Source of the DNA: a virus
Lineage: Duplodnaviria > Caudoviricetes
Strand: one strand, 5' to 3'
Virus record (IMG/VR): IMGVR_UViG_3300025314_000006
Length of the DNA: 64,000 bases
In this document: positions 47,945 to 56,357 of the stretch, one piece after another
How the letters are laid out: the number at the start of each line of letters is the position of its first letter
Position numbering within the stretch: position 1 is the stretch's first letter
Notes under the pieces: generated by a model
Told to the model about the DNA's origin: nothing
What the model saw: only the letters and a program-made list of their open reading frames with translations
Database searches by the model: none
Translations under genes and position numbers: made by a program

Positions 47945-48112
47945 TTACATTTTTTGCAATTGCGATTGCAAATCTGCAATTTTTCTTTGATAATCTGGAA
48001 GATTTATTTCTTTAGTTGATGACGTTTTTTTAGTCAACTCTAAAGTCATTTCATCTTGTAAGAATTTAAGTCTTTCCTGCAGTCTTTGTTTTTTCTTTTC
48101 TAATTTTCCCAT
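47945..48112 (-). CDS. Small coiled-coil protein inside the tRNA cluster
   Basis: MGKLEKKKQRLQERL...; start moved to the ATG at 48112 because the track start overlaps a tRNA. Confidence 0.6.
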   Translation of the reverse strand: MGKLEKKKQRLQERLKFLQDEMTLELTKKTSSTKEINLPDYQRKIADLQSQLQKM

Positions 48113-48135
48113 TTTATTGTTTATTATATTTATTG

Positions 48136-48210
48136 TAGTCAGAGAGGGGATTGAACCCTCGACCTTTTGTGTATAAGACAACTGCTACTTGACCGCTGAG
48201 CTACCTGACT
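48136..48210 (-). tRNA. tRNA-Ile(TAT)
   Basis: Acceptor AGTCAGG/TCTGACT; anticodon arm TTGT-CTTATAC-ACAA; T arm GAGGG-TTCAATC-CCCTC. Confidence 0.8.
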
Positions 48211-48215
48211 ATTTG

Positions 48216-48295
48216 TACCGGAAAAAAGATTTGAACTTTCACGCATTTCAGCGACAGATTTTGAATCTGCTGTGTCTACATTCCACCATTCCGGC
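48216..48295 (-). tRNA. tRNA-Leu(CAA)
   Basis: Acceptor GCCGGAA/TTCCGGT; anticodon arm GCAGA-TTCAAAA-TCTGT; long variable arm. Confidence 0.85.
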
Positions 48296-48317
48296 ATTAT
48301 TTAAAAGAACTATTCTG

Positions 48318-48399
48318 TGATCGGGAGAGGATTCGAACCTCCAATTGGCTTTCGCCACAGTTTAGAAAACTGCTTCAATATCCATTCTGGCACCCAATC
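48318..48399 (-). tRNA. tRNA-Arg(TCT) with a long variable arm
   Basis: Acceptor GATTGGG/CCCGATC; anticodon arm GCAGT-TTTCTAA-ACTGT; variable arm GGC-GAAA-GCC. Confidence 0.75.
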
Positions 48400-48416
48400 A
48401 TTTTATTTTACAACAG

Positions 48417-48499
48417 TGGTCGAGACAAGATTCGAACTTGCAATTGACTTTCGTCACAGTTTAGGAAACTGTTTCAATATCCATTTCTGACACCCAACC
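48417..48499 (-). tRNA. tRNA-Arg(CCT) with a long variable arm
   Basis: Acceptor GGTTGGG/CTCGACC; anticodon arm ACAGT-TTCCTAA-ACTGT; variable arm GAC-GAAA-GTC. Confidence 0.75.
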
Positions 48500-48508
48500 A
48501 TTATATAG

Positions 48509-48589
48509 TACCCCTGACAGGGGTCGAACCTGCAAGCTATTTGCGTTTGGGCTTAAACCAAATGAGTTTTCCAATTTCTCCACAGAGGC
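48509..48589 (-). tRNA. tRNA-Leu(TAA)
   Basis: Acceptor GCCTCTG/CAGGGGT; anticodon arm TTTGG-TTTAAGC-CCAAA; long variable arm. Confidence 0.85.
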
Positions 48590-48610
48590 ATTTTTTTCAA
48601 AGAACTACAT

Positions 48611-48649
48611 AAAAACAAAAAACCCCAACTTTTCAAGCCGGGGTTTTTT
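48611..48649 (-). terminator. Attenuator terminator upstream of the first tRNA
   Basis: AAAAAACCCCGGCT-TGAAA-AGTTGGGGTTTTTT followed by GTTTTT. Confidence 0.85.
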
Positions 48650-48669
48650 GAACATTTATATTTTTTACT

Positions 48670-48765
48670 TCATAAACGCACGTTATCCGGCCATACTGAT
48701 TTTTCCTCTATCAGTTGTTCTAAAGATAATTGTCTTAGTGAGTTGTATGTTGTGATGTTTTTCAT
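48670..48765 (-). promoter_or_regulatory. Leader peptide MKNITTYNSLRQLSLEQLIEEKSVWPDNVRL
   Basis: ATG at 48765, TGA at 48670; codons 10-21 are CTA AGA CAA TTA TCT TTA GAA CAA CTG ATA GAG GAA. Confidence 0.7.
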
Positions 48766-48806
48766 TTTTACTCTATTAAATAGTATGTTTTTTTATTAAT
48801 ACGATA

Positions 48807-48838
48807 CAAATGTATAAAAAGTTTTAACTAAAAGCAAA
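48807..48838 (-). promoter_or_regulatory. Bacteroidota-type sigma70 promoter for the tRNA operon
   Basis: TTTG-N20-TACATTTG matches the -33 TTTG / -7 TAnnTTTG consensus. Confidence 0.8.
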
Positions 48839-48887
48839 TTTATTTTCATTTATTTTTTAATATTTATGGAAAAGCCAATATTATATA

Positions 48888-49679
48888 ATGAATTCACAGG
48901 AAAAAAATATAAGAAATTTTGTTAAAAATCTTCTTAAAGAAAATTATCAAGAGATAGATGAAGCGAACAAAGGAAAACAGTTTAACTCATATTTTGAACT
49001 TGTATTTAAAAATATAAAACCAAATATTCCAGAAAATAAATTTAGCGATATAGAGATTTTACAAAAAGCTAAAGAATTAATAAATAATAAATTAACAAAA
49101 GTTTTTTTAAAAGATTTTGAATATACTGATTTTATTATTATGAAATTGGGAAAATTTGTCTTAAACGATAAAGGAGTTAGAAGTGTTTTAACTTTCAGTA
49201 AAGAAAGAGATATAGATAAAGGCTATTCCTATATGTATCTTTATATTTATCATAACACAATTGAGCTTATAAGATTTGGAAGTTCATTTTTCGAAGATAA
49301 TAATGCATTATTTAAAGAAGCAAAAGAATTCATTAAAAACAGAGATATAAAACTTGTCACAAAAACAGAAGTCGGTAAATTAGAAATTAAAAATGAATTT
49401 GAAAAAGACAATATTATAGATGTAACTGATTATAGCAAAATCCAGAAACAAGCACCCATAGAAAGACATGGTGTATTATATGATAAATCTAAAAATTATA
49501 AGGTTGGAGATAATTTCTTACATAAAAACTTAGGAGTCGGTAAAGTAGTTAAGACTAAAAGAGTTACAGCAGACGTTCCCACTATTGATGTGAGTGTACA
49601 ATTTAAAGGCGGAGAACAAAAAAGGTTTAGGATGGAAAAACCAATGATGGGTCAAATTCAAAGTCAGCAGCTGTCGTAG
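48888..49679 (+). CDS. Hypothetical protein with a C-terminal SH3/Tudor-like domain
   Basis: N-terminal IRNFVKNLLKE; C-terminal YKVGDNFLHKNLGVGKVV...VQFKGGEQKRF. Confidence 0.65.
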   Translation: MNSQEKNIRNFVKNLLKENYQEIDEANKGKQFNSYFELVFKNIKPNIPENKFSDIEILQKAKELINNKLTKVFLKDFEYTDFIIMKLGKFVLNDKGVRSVLTFSKERDIDKGYSYMYLYIYHNTIELIRFGSSFFEDNNALFKEAKEFIKNRDIKLVTKTEVGKLEIKNEFEKDNIIDVTDYSKIQKQAPIERHGVLYDKSKNYKVGDNFLHKNLGVGKVVKTKRVTADVPTIDVSVQFKGGEQKRFRMEKPMMGQIQSQQLS

Positions 49680-49959
49680 TAATAAAAATACAAACGGTAT
49701 CTAAATTTTTAAAAGTTTTACCATCTCGTAACTTTTCATCAGGTATTTGAAAGTTAACAATTACTTTTTTATTTGAAAATTTATTACATATTTCAGAAAG
49801 CTTTTCAAGGTTTACAGTATTAAGATTATTCGTTTTTATATATAATTGAATATCTTCGTCATTCGGATTTTTAACATCAACATCAATAATATCAACAGCA
49901 GATATTACTTCTGTTAATACGTTTTCCTTGATTTCTGATGTGATGTTTTTACTTTTCAT
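49627..49959 (-). CDS. Hypothetical protein
   Basis: 110-aa ORF; a variant bipartite promoter motif lies at 49966..49995. Confidence 0.6.
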   Translation of the reverse strand: MKSKNITSEIKENVLTEVISAVDIIDVDVKNPNDEDIQLYIKTNNLNTVNLEKLSEICNKFSNKKVIVNFQIPDEKLRDGKTFKNLDTVCIFITTTAADFEFDPSLVFPS

Positions 49960-49990
49960 ACTGTTTTAAACGAGGAATCATCAAAAAAGT

Positions 49991-50812
49991 TTAAAATTTT
50001 CGTTCTTTTTCCATTCTTCTTAAAGATTGTAAAGGAGTTTCTCCAGGCAATATATCATAACCACACCCTATTGTTCCACCTTTCCAAGAACCTGTTCTTT
50101 CTCCTACTTCTCCAGTGACTTTATCTGAATTTAGTGTTTTGCAATTTCGTTTTTCTAAGATAACAAATCTATCCAGTGGTCCGGCATAACTAAATTCAAT
50201 ACTAATTGTTTTTCTTTTTTTATTTGGAAAGACAGACCACTTTAACCATTTCCAACGCCATTCTCTTTCTTCTACTTTTAATTCAGCCATTCTATGTTGA
50301 ATTTCGCCATTTTTTAAAACATAAGTATAAGGATATGATTCTTTCCAGATAACATTTTTCCATTCGTCATGATAAAAATCTTTATAATTTCCTTTAGTTT
50401 CATGTGCCCAAGTATTATCTTTTCTTAAAACGCTGGTACGAACCCAATCCCAACTCCATGGCATGTAGAAGCAATGTTTTTTTCTTTTCCAACACCACCA
50501 AAAAGAATTTAACTTCCATTTTCCTTCTCCATACCAATAATATCCATATTCAGGATATTCTGAATTATTAATTCCTGAATGAATTGGAAAATCCAAATAT
50601 ACTGAGCCGTATCCAAGAGCTAAAAAAGGTATCCATATTAAAGATAAAAATGAAAAACCGGTGAAAAAAATTCCAATTAAAGGGATTAAGAGAGAAGGGG
50701 TAAAATTCATATGTGCTCTATCACTAAAATAAGATGCTGGACTAATTCTAAAACTTGTTTTTTCAAAACCTGTGTAAATATTAATCCAATCGTTTCTATA
50801 TATATTTTTCAT
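49991..50812 (-). CDS. Trp-rich hypothetical membrane protein
   Basis: 273 aa with a TM segment at about aa 40-65. Confidence 0.7.
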   Translation of the reverse strand: MKNIYRNDWINIYTGFEKTSFRISPASYFSDRAHMNFTPSLLIPLIGIFFTGFSFLSLIWIPFLALGYGSVYLDFPIHSGINNSEYPEYGYYWYGEGKWKLNSFWWCWKRKKHCFYMPWSWDWVRTSVLRKDNTWAHETKGNYKDFYHDEWKNVIWKESYPYTYVLKNGEIQHRMAELKVEEREWRWKWLKWSVFPNKKRKTISIEFSYAGPLDRFVILEKRNCKTLNSDKVTGEVGERTGSWKGGTIGCGYDILPGETPLQSLRRMEKERKF

Positions 50813-51215
50813 TTTTTACAATTTCTATTAGTTTTCTTAAACAAGCAAGTTCTGCTTCTTCATAAGAATTATAATGAATTGAATTGCCTTTCATTTCATA
50901 TTTTTCTATAACTGTTATTTCATATTTCCAAGTTTTAACATCTTCTCTGTCATGTAAAAATATTTGGGATAACATATTATATTTTTCTCTAAACCATCTA
51001 AATGCTTGTTGGTAAAGTGGAGATGTAACCCATTTATCGCTATAACCCATATTTATTGTAGTTGAAAAATGAGTATCTTCATCACCATCATTTGGATATC
51101 CTCTATAAGGTGTTAAACTTTTATCTCCAGCATAATAATTAGCGAAACACGGCTCATTAAAACCCAAATTTCTCAAAGCTAATGCTTCATCATATAATAC
51201 GAATTCTTTTTTCAT
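50796..51215 (-). CDS. Hypothetical phage protein
   Basis: KEFVLYDEALALRNLGFNEPC...PLYQQAFRWFREK...SYEEAE in a co-directional run. Confidence 0.7.
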   Translation of the reverse strand: MKKEFVLYDEALALRNLGFNEPCFANYYAGDKSLTPYRGYPNDGDEDTHFSTTINMGYSDKWVTSPLYQQAFRWFREKYNMLSQIFLHDREDVKTWKYEITVIEKYEMKGNSIHYNSYEEAELACLRKLIEIVKNEKYI

Positions 51216-51958
51216 TTTTGAATTGTTGTAAGAGTTAAATGATTATCTTCCAAAACACATTCAGCTACCATCCCATCAAGTCCATTTCTATCTTTTAATC
51301 GTGTAATTGAAAATATATTTTCTCTTTTTTTTATTGAAAAATAAATATCACTTGCATATACTATTGAAGAGTTTATTGGCATTGTAGTATCATCAACTGA
51401 TGCTCTATGTTGATTAGAGATAATAACATGAGTATTAAAATTTAATGCTAAACTTCGTAATGTTTCCGCAATTTCTCGTTGCCTAACATATTTATTCTCT
51501 TCTGTTTTTCTTATGTAAGATAATCTTGCTTTTAAGTTATATTTTTCAAAAATAACAACTCTGGTATTTTCATCTTTAAATTTCGTATATGAAAAAGAAT
51601 TGTTATTTAAATCAAACATTGGTCCGTCAATAATTATGACGCAACTACCAGTTAGAAATTCTAAATGATGAGCAATTTTTTGATTGAAAGATTGTATAGT
51701 ATCTTCATAAAAAAAATCAAGAATAATTAACTTTCCTAATGTTTTTTCTAATTCATGTGAAACTAAATCAGTGTTTCTAAAACGACGTGATGATTCACTA
51801 AATAAAAGAACATTAACACCAGACTTTATATAATTAAATGCCATCGTAGTCATTACTAAGGATTTTCCCTGTCCTGCAGTTGAACCAACACCTATAAGTT
51901 GAGGGTATATAATATTTTTAGATTCGTCAACACGAACTATATCAGAAAATGGATTCAT
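51212..51958 (-). CDS. RecA/DnaB-like P-loop ATPase (short, C-terminal-domain only)
   Basis: GSTAGQGKS Walker A; IIIDG; VIISNQ; KDRNG. Confidence 0.65.
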   Translation of the reverse strand: MNPFSDIVRVDESKNIIYPQLIGVGSTAGQGKSLVMTTMAFNYIKSGVNVLLFSESSRRFRNTDLVSHELEKTLGKLIILDFFYEDTIQSFNQKIAHHLEFLTGSCVIIIDGPMFDLNNNSFSYTKFKDENTRVVIFEKYNLKARLSYIRKTEENKYVRQREIAETLRSLALNFNTHVIISNQHRASVDDTTMPINSSIVYASDIYFSIKKRENIFSITRLKDRNGLDGMVAECVLEDNHLTLTTIQK

Positions 51959-52758
51959 TATTTAGATTTAGAAAAATATTTCTTACTATATTCGGTAGTA
52001 ATTTCTTCTTTCATACCGGCTGAGCGTAAATCTTCGTATATTTTATCAGCAATATGTTCACAACCATCAACATCTGAAGTTGTGTCTGTTAAAAGGGTTA
52101 TTTTTTTAACACAGTCAGGAAAATCCTCAAGAATTTGTTTTAAAGAAACAGCAACACAATGTGATTTTGCTTGTCCAGCAACTAAAACATTATCGTTTTT
52201 ATCAAATAATTCATGAATAAGAGCAGTATTGTAAATTCCATCAGTTTCATTTTGAAAGATTCCAAAATGTTCTGTATTACTTTCCATCCCTTTTAGATGA
52301 GAACAAAAGGATTTTCCAGTTATATCCATCCATTTTCTTAGTGCTGAGTATAATGGAGGGAATATATTAGAACCATAGGTTCCAGAAATGCAATGATAAG
52401 GCCATATTGTATGAGTGAAATTATTTTTTGTTTTTAAAACTTCAAGATATGTTAATGCATTGTGAGAATCTTTTGGATTAGCAGTTTTCCAAATACCTTT
52501 TTGTACATCTTCTATTGTAATATTTGTAAACGGCTCCGGATTTTTTCCTTCTTGATTTTCCCAATACATTGAATGAAAAATACTATCAAGCAAATGCATG
52601 TCTAAAGAAATATGTATTGTTTCTATTTCATTTGCATTTTCAATAATAAATTCAGAAAGTCTATGCATGTCAGAATCAGCTCCTTTTACATAAAGAGAGG
52701 CTCCTGGTAAACAAAAATCTGTTTGTGGATCAACGATGAGAAGTGATACTTTTTTCAT
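51958..52758 (-). CDS. pncA: Nicotinamidase/isochorismatase-family hydrolase
   Basis: LLIVDPQTDF, SLDMH...HSMYW, WPYHC, AGQAKSHCV. Confidence 0.8.
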   Translation of the reverse strand: MKKVSLLIVDPQTDFCLPGASLYVKGADSDMHRLSEFIIENANEIETIHISLDMHLLDSIFHSMYWENQEGKNPEPFTNITIEDVQKGIWKTANPKDSHNALTYLEVLKTKNNFTHTIWPYHCISGTYGSNIFPPLYSALRKWMDITGKSFCSHLKGMESNTEHFGIFQNETDGIYNTALIHELFDKNDNVLVAGQAKSHCVAVSLKQILEDFPDCVKKITLLTDTTSDVDGCEHIADKIYEDLRSAGMKEEITTEYSKKYFSKSK

Positions 52759-52781
52759 GATAAAAATGTTTTTCTACAATA

Positions 52782-52811
52782 ATAAACGCAAAGATACAAA
52801 AAAAGTTGCAA
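52782..52811 (-). promoter_or_regulatory. Composite promoter: TTGCAACT-N15-CGTTTAT with an embedded TATCTTTG
   Basis: Both motif types overlap upstream of the 52758 start. Confidence 0.6.
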
Positions 52812-52826
52812 TATATTTAATTACTT

Positions 52827-53213
52827 TTAAGAATGACATTCGTATGCCCATTTTTCTAAATGATTCCTTTGTTTCTCATTTAACTCGCACCAATATTCAT
52901 CCAGATATTCTTCACAAACCTTCTTAAATTCATTTGGAATATACATTTGCATCATTTTTCTATGGTGATGCATCGTTCCTAATGGAGCCGGACAATGTCC
53001 AAGCCATTCATGTTTAAATAACATTTCTTTTAATTCATGTTTAATTTCTTTTATAGTTTTTTTATATATAAAATCTTCAATACAATCTTCTATAAATTTA
53101 GAATGTTCTGGACTATTATCAATTATAATTATTTTTCTGATAATTGGTAATTTTTCAACAAAAACTTCTCTTTTTATAAATTCCTCATTCATATTCACCT
53201 TCGCTATACCCAT
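52827..53213 (-). CDS. Hypothetical protein
   Basis: 128-aa ORF. Confidence 0.6.
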   Translation of the reverse strand: MGIAKVNMNEEFIKREVFVEKLPIIRKIIIIDNSPEHSKFIEDCIEDFIYKKTIKEIKHELKEMLFKHEWLGHCPAPLGTMHHHRKMMQMYIPNEFKKVCEEYLDEYWCELNEKQRNHLEKWAYECHS

Positions 53214-53463
53214 TTTTATGTTCTTTTATTTCTTTTAAAATCATTATAAGTCTTTCTGATTGAGTAGAAGCATCATATTTTGTCCAGCTTCTTTCTTTTC
53301 TGTATTCGATAAAATCTTTATGAACAAAATCCTTCGTCAATCCCATAAGAATCTGGTGCATTTTTTTCTCTTGGAAATCCATTTTCAAATTTAATATTTT
53401 TTTTCCAATATCCAAAAAATTAACAGTAGTCATTTTTCGGCGACTATTTACAAAGAAAAACAA
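53185..53463 (-). CDS. Hypothetical protein
   Basis: 92-aa ORF; the true start is probably downstream (MTTVNF). Confidence 0.5.
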   Translation of the reverse strand: MFFFVNSRRKMTTVNFLDIGKKILNLKMDFQEKKMHQILMGLTKDFVHKDFIEYRKERSWTKYDASTQSERLIMILKEIKEHKNGYSEGEYE

Positions 53464-53466
53464 ATC

Positions 53467-53760
53467 ATGGGAAGTTTTTCAAAAAATTATGAAGCTATAT
53501 CATTAGCGACCGGAACAACAAATTCAAGTACTTTAGGAAATGGAATAACAGCAAATACTGTACATCAAATTTATTGCTTATCGACAGGAGTTATTACAAT
53601 CAATCCAATGGGTGGAGGGAGTTTTATTTGGTCAGGCACAACAAATTCTTTTATTGACGTGGTTCCATCTTCTGTTGTTGTAGATAGTGGTTCTACTGGA
53701 TGCTTTATAGGATTCAGAGTTAAAAATATGGGTAATTCATATACTCAAAATGCATTTTAA
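53467..53760 (+). CDS. Small Thr/Gly-rich putative virion protein
   Basis: Beta-rich composition; first gene of the neck cluster; CTATTTA upstream. Confidence 0.6.
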   Translation: MGSFSKNYEAISLATGTTNSSTLGNGITANTVHQIYCLSTGVITINPMGGGSFIWSGTTNSFIDVVPSSVVVDSGSTGCFIGFRVKNMGNSYTQNAF

Positions 53761-53774
53761 TAATAAATTATAAA

Positions 53775-54953
53775 ATGGAAATTACGTCAGAGAATCCGTT
53801 ATCAGGAATGAGTAGCAGTGATGTTGCCAGACTTTATCGTAGAATACGAAGAAAGCTTGGTGAACCTGTTATGAACGTTGAATTGCGTGATGAACAATTG
53901 CAGGAATGTGTCGAAGAGGCAATTGAAGAGTATTCTTCATTTATCAACAATTGGTCATTAGAGAATAAAATGTCTCAAATGCTTGGTTTACCAAAAAATA
54001 TTGATTTTACATTAAAATTTGTTTCTAATAATTTTGGTTTTGAAAGAACATTTGCAAGGGCTTATTCAGATTTGGTAGGAAATTCATCAACTTCTTTAAG
54101 AGAACTTAAAGTTGCTGTTATTACATTATCTGCCGGAACTCAAAACTATTTTATAGAAAATGGTAGAGAAATAAATGAAGTAATGTGGTATACTCCAAGT
54201 TATATTAACTTATATGGTTTAGACCCTTTATCAAATTCAAATATTGCTTATACAGAATTTGGAGCTAGTTTTGCCGGATATAATTTATATTCTGTAATGC
54301 CTATTTATGATACATTTTTAACTGCCCAAGCTGCTACGGTAAGAAATAAAGTAAGAGGTTCTGAGTATTCTTATAAAATTGTAGGTGGTCCAAATGGAAC
54401 CAAAAAGTTAACACTTTATCCAATTCCTAAAATGCCTGCTAATTCCGGATATATTAGTCCTGGTTTTGCTACTCCCGGTAGTGTACTATATTATTATTAT
54501 GATACGGTTGGTGTTGGTGGTAATAGTGAACTTTCAGGTTTTACTGCTAATCCAAATTATACTGGAGGAACAAATTCATTAGGTCAAGAAAGTCAAGGAA
54601 ATGGGTTAGTTTCTGGTCCTTCTGATGCTCAACTTTACAATTTGTCATATGCTGAACTTAATGATCCAGCTAAAAGATGGGTTAAAAGATTTGCACAAGC
54701 CATGGCAAAAGAACTGTTAGGACTTGGAATAAGAGGAAAATTTAGTACTGTTCCTATTCCAGGTGCAGAAGTTACTCTTAATGCTGATTCTTTAATATCA
54801 AATGGAAGAGAAGATATGACTGCATTAAGAGAAGAATTAAAAGACACATTAGGAAAATTAAACTACAAAGCAATACTTGAAAATAATGCATCTATTCAAG
54901 ATAGTATAAATAAAACATTCATCTATAGTCCTCTTGGGATATGGAGAGGCTAA
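53775..54953 (+). CDS. gp13: Neck protein (T4 gp13-like)
   Basis: IRRKLGEPVMNVEL.DEQL.ECVEEAIEEY and WVKRFAQA.AKELLG..RGKF..VPIPGAEVTLN. Confidence 0.85.
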   Translation: MEITSENPLSGMSSSDVARLYRRIRRKLGEPVMNVELRDEQLQECVEEAIEEYSSFINNWSLENKMSQMLGLPKNIDFTLKFVSNNFGFERTFARAYSDLVGNSSTSLRELKVAVITLSAGTQNYFIENGREINEVMWYTPSYINLYGLDPLSNSNIAYTEFGASFAGYNLYSVMPIYDTFLTAQAATVRNKVRGSEYSYKIVGGPNGTKKLTLYPIPKMPANSGYISPGFATPGSVLYYYYDTVGVGGNSELSGFTANPNYTGGTNSLGQESQGNGLVSGPSDAQLYNLSYAELNDPAKRWVKRFAQAMAKELLGLGIRGKFSTVPIPGAEVTLNADSLISNGREDMTALREELKDTLGKLNYKAILENNASIQDSINKTFIYSPLGIWRG

Positions 54954-54970
54954 TTAAAATCAATTAAATC

Positions 54971-55510
54971 ATGGCAAATCCTCCTTACAATGATGGTGAT
55001 AAAAAACCTGAAGAAGCAAAAGAACAAGATGTTTCAAGGAAAGGTATTGATTTATTCTTTGGAGAAAAAGAAAGGGAATTCTTTGATACTGTAGGAAGAG
55101 AATTGGTAAATGATATTATTAAGGAAAGTTTTGTTCTTTATAAAATAGATTATGCTAAAACAAACACACATAAACTTTATGGAGAAGCTAAAAAGAAAGC
55201 TTATAAAACTCCGATTGAAGTATTCGGTAGAATTAACGTAGAAGTTGAATCTCCAGAATATATGGCTTCAGGTGGACTAATTAAAAAAGGTTATGGAAAA
55301 ATTACTGCCGATGTTTATAGAAGTCATTTAAATGAATTAAATGCAAATCCAAAAATAGGAGATTTTATGTACTTTAAAGGACATTTTTACGAAATAATAG
55401 ATGATGGCTCTTCAAACATTGGAAACGAACAATCTTATGCTGGAGATATAGTGTTTTCAATAAAAATAATAGGAATTAGAGTTAAGGATGATGTTTTCAA
55501 TGCAAAATAA
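54971..55510 (+). CDS. gp14: Neck/head-closure protein (T4 gp14-like)
   Basis: VLYKIDYAKTNTHKLYGEA and PKIGDFMYF; follows gp13. Confidence 0.7.
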   Translation: MANPPYNDGDKKPEEAKEQDVSRKGIDLFFGEKEREFFDTVGRELVNDIIKESFVLYKIDYAKTNTHKLYGEAKKKAYKTPIEVFGRINVEVESPEYMASGGLIKKGYGKITADVYRSHLNELNANPKIGDFMYFKGHFYEIIDDGSSNIGNEQSYAGDIVFSIKIIGIRVKDDVFNAK

Positions 55511-55673
55511 TTAATTCTGACATAATGACATATTTAATTTCTGTTTATAAATAAAATTCGTTATTATTACAACTCTTGTTTAAAATTTAACCTAATCCAA
55601 TATTCCAATTACTAAAACCATAGTTAAAGCTATAAGCTGTATGGATTTAATTAGTATGCATAAAAAGACATAG

Positions 55674-56357
55674 TTAAAAAATATATGAATTACAATCAAC
55701 TTTAACTACAAAACCTTTATGCCAGTATAAATTTGAAGGTAAATTTATATTCTTTTTAAAATATACCAAAGTTTTCTTGCCCCTGATTACTGTTGCTTTC
55801 ATAATTTTAATCAAACGACTAACTGTTGAGCCTGATTTATTAATTAACAAAGCCAATTTTTTTACACTAATTTTTAAATAATTAGAAAATTCACCGAATG
55901 TTTTCAGAGGTACTTTAATAGCTTTTTTATGGCGTTTTAAAGCATTAGCTCCTGTTGGATTAGTTTGGTCTTTCCTAATTTGATTAATGTACTTAAATTG
56001 ACTTTGTTTATGTTTTAATACTTCATATCGTAAAGAGTTTGTAAGTAAAGATAAAGTGTTATTGTTTTCTATTTTAATATCATGTTTTAATTTGATATCA
56101 TAAACTTTTTTTAATTTTTCAGTTGAAATGAAAATAATATCCTTCCCTTCGGTTCTTATCCAGTTATTATCTTTAAAGAATTTGATATATTTTATTATTG
56201 AATTTCTACTTAATCCGCTTTGTTTTGATAGTTTATAGGGTGAGTAGTTATAAACTCTACCATTAGAGTGAATATGTTTTAATTTAAGAAAAACAGCATA
56301 ATGTCTAATGATATCGCTGTCTATAAATAATTTTATTAAATTAATATTTGTTTTCAT
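55674..56357 (-). CDS. Basic DNA-binding protein with two HTH-like segments
   Basis: YKLSKQSGLSRNSIIKYIKFF and VKKLALLINKSGSTVSRLIK; inverted relative to its neighbours. Confidence 0.6.
   Translation of the reverse strand: MKTNINLIKLFIDSDIIRHYAVFLKLKHIHSNGRVYNYSPYKLSKQSGLSRNSIIKYIKFFKDNNWIRTEGKDIIFISTEKLKKVYDIKLKHDIKIENNNTLSLLTNSLRYEVLKHKQSQFKYINQIRKDQTNPTGANALKRHKKAIKVPLKTFGEFSNYLKISVKKLALLINKSGSTVSRLIKIMKATVIRGKKTLVYFKKNINLPSNLYWHKGFVVKVDCNSYIF

Noticed and set aside
48318-48499. Reading the TTCTAAA/TCCTAAA loops as amber (CTA) suppressor tRNAs
   Set aside because: Symmetric pairing of the anticodon stems centres the 7-nt loops on TCT and CCT.
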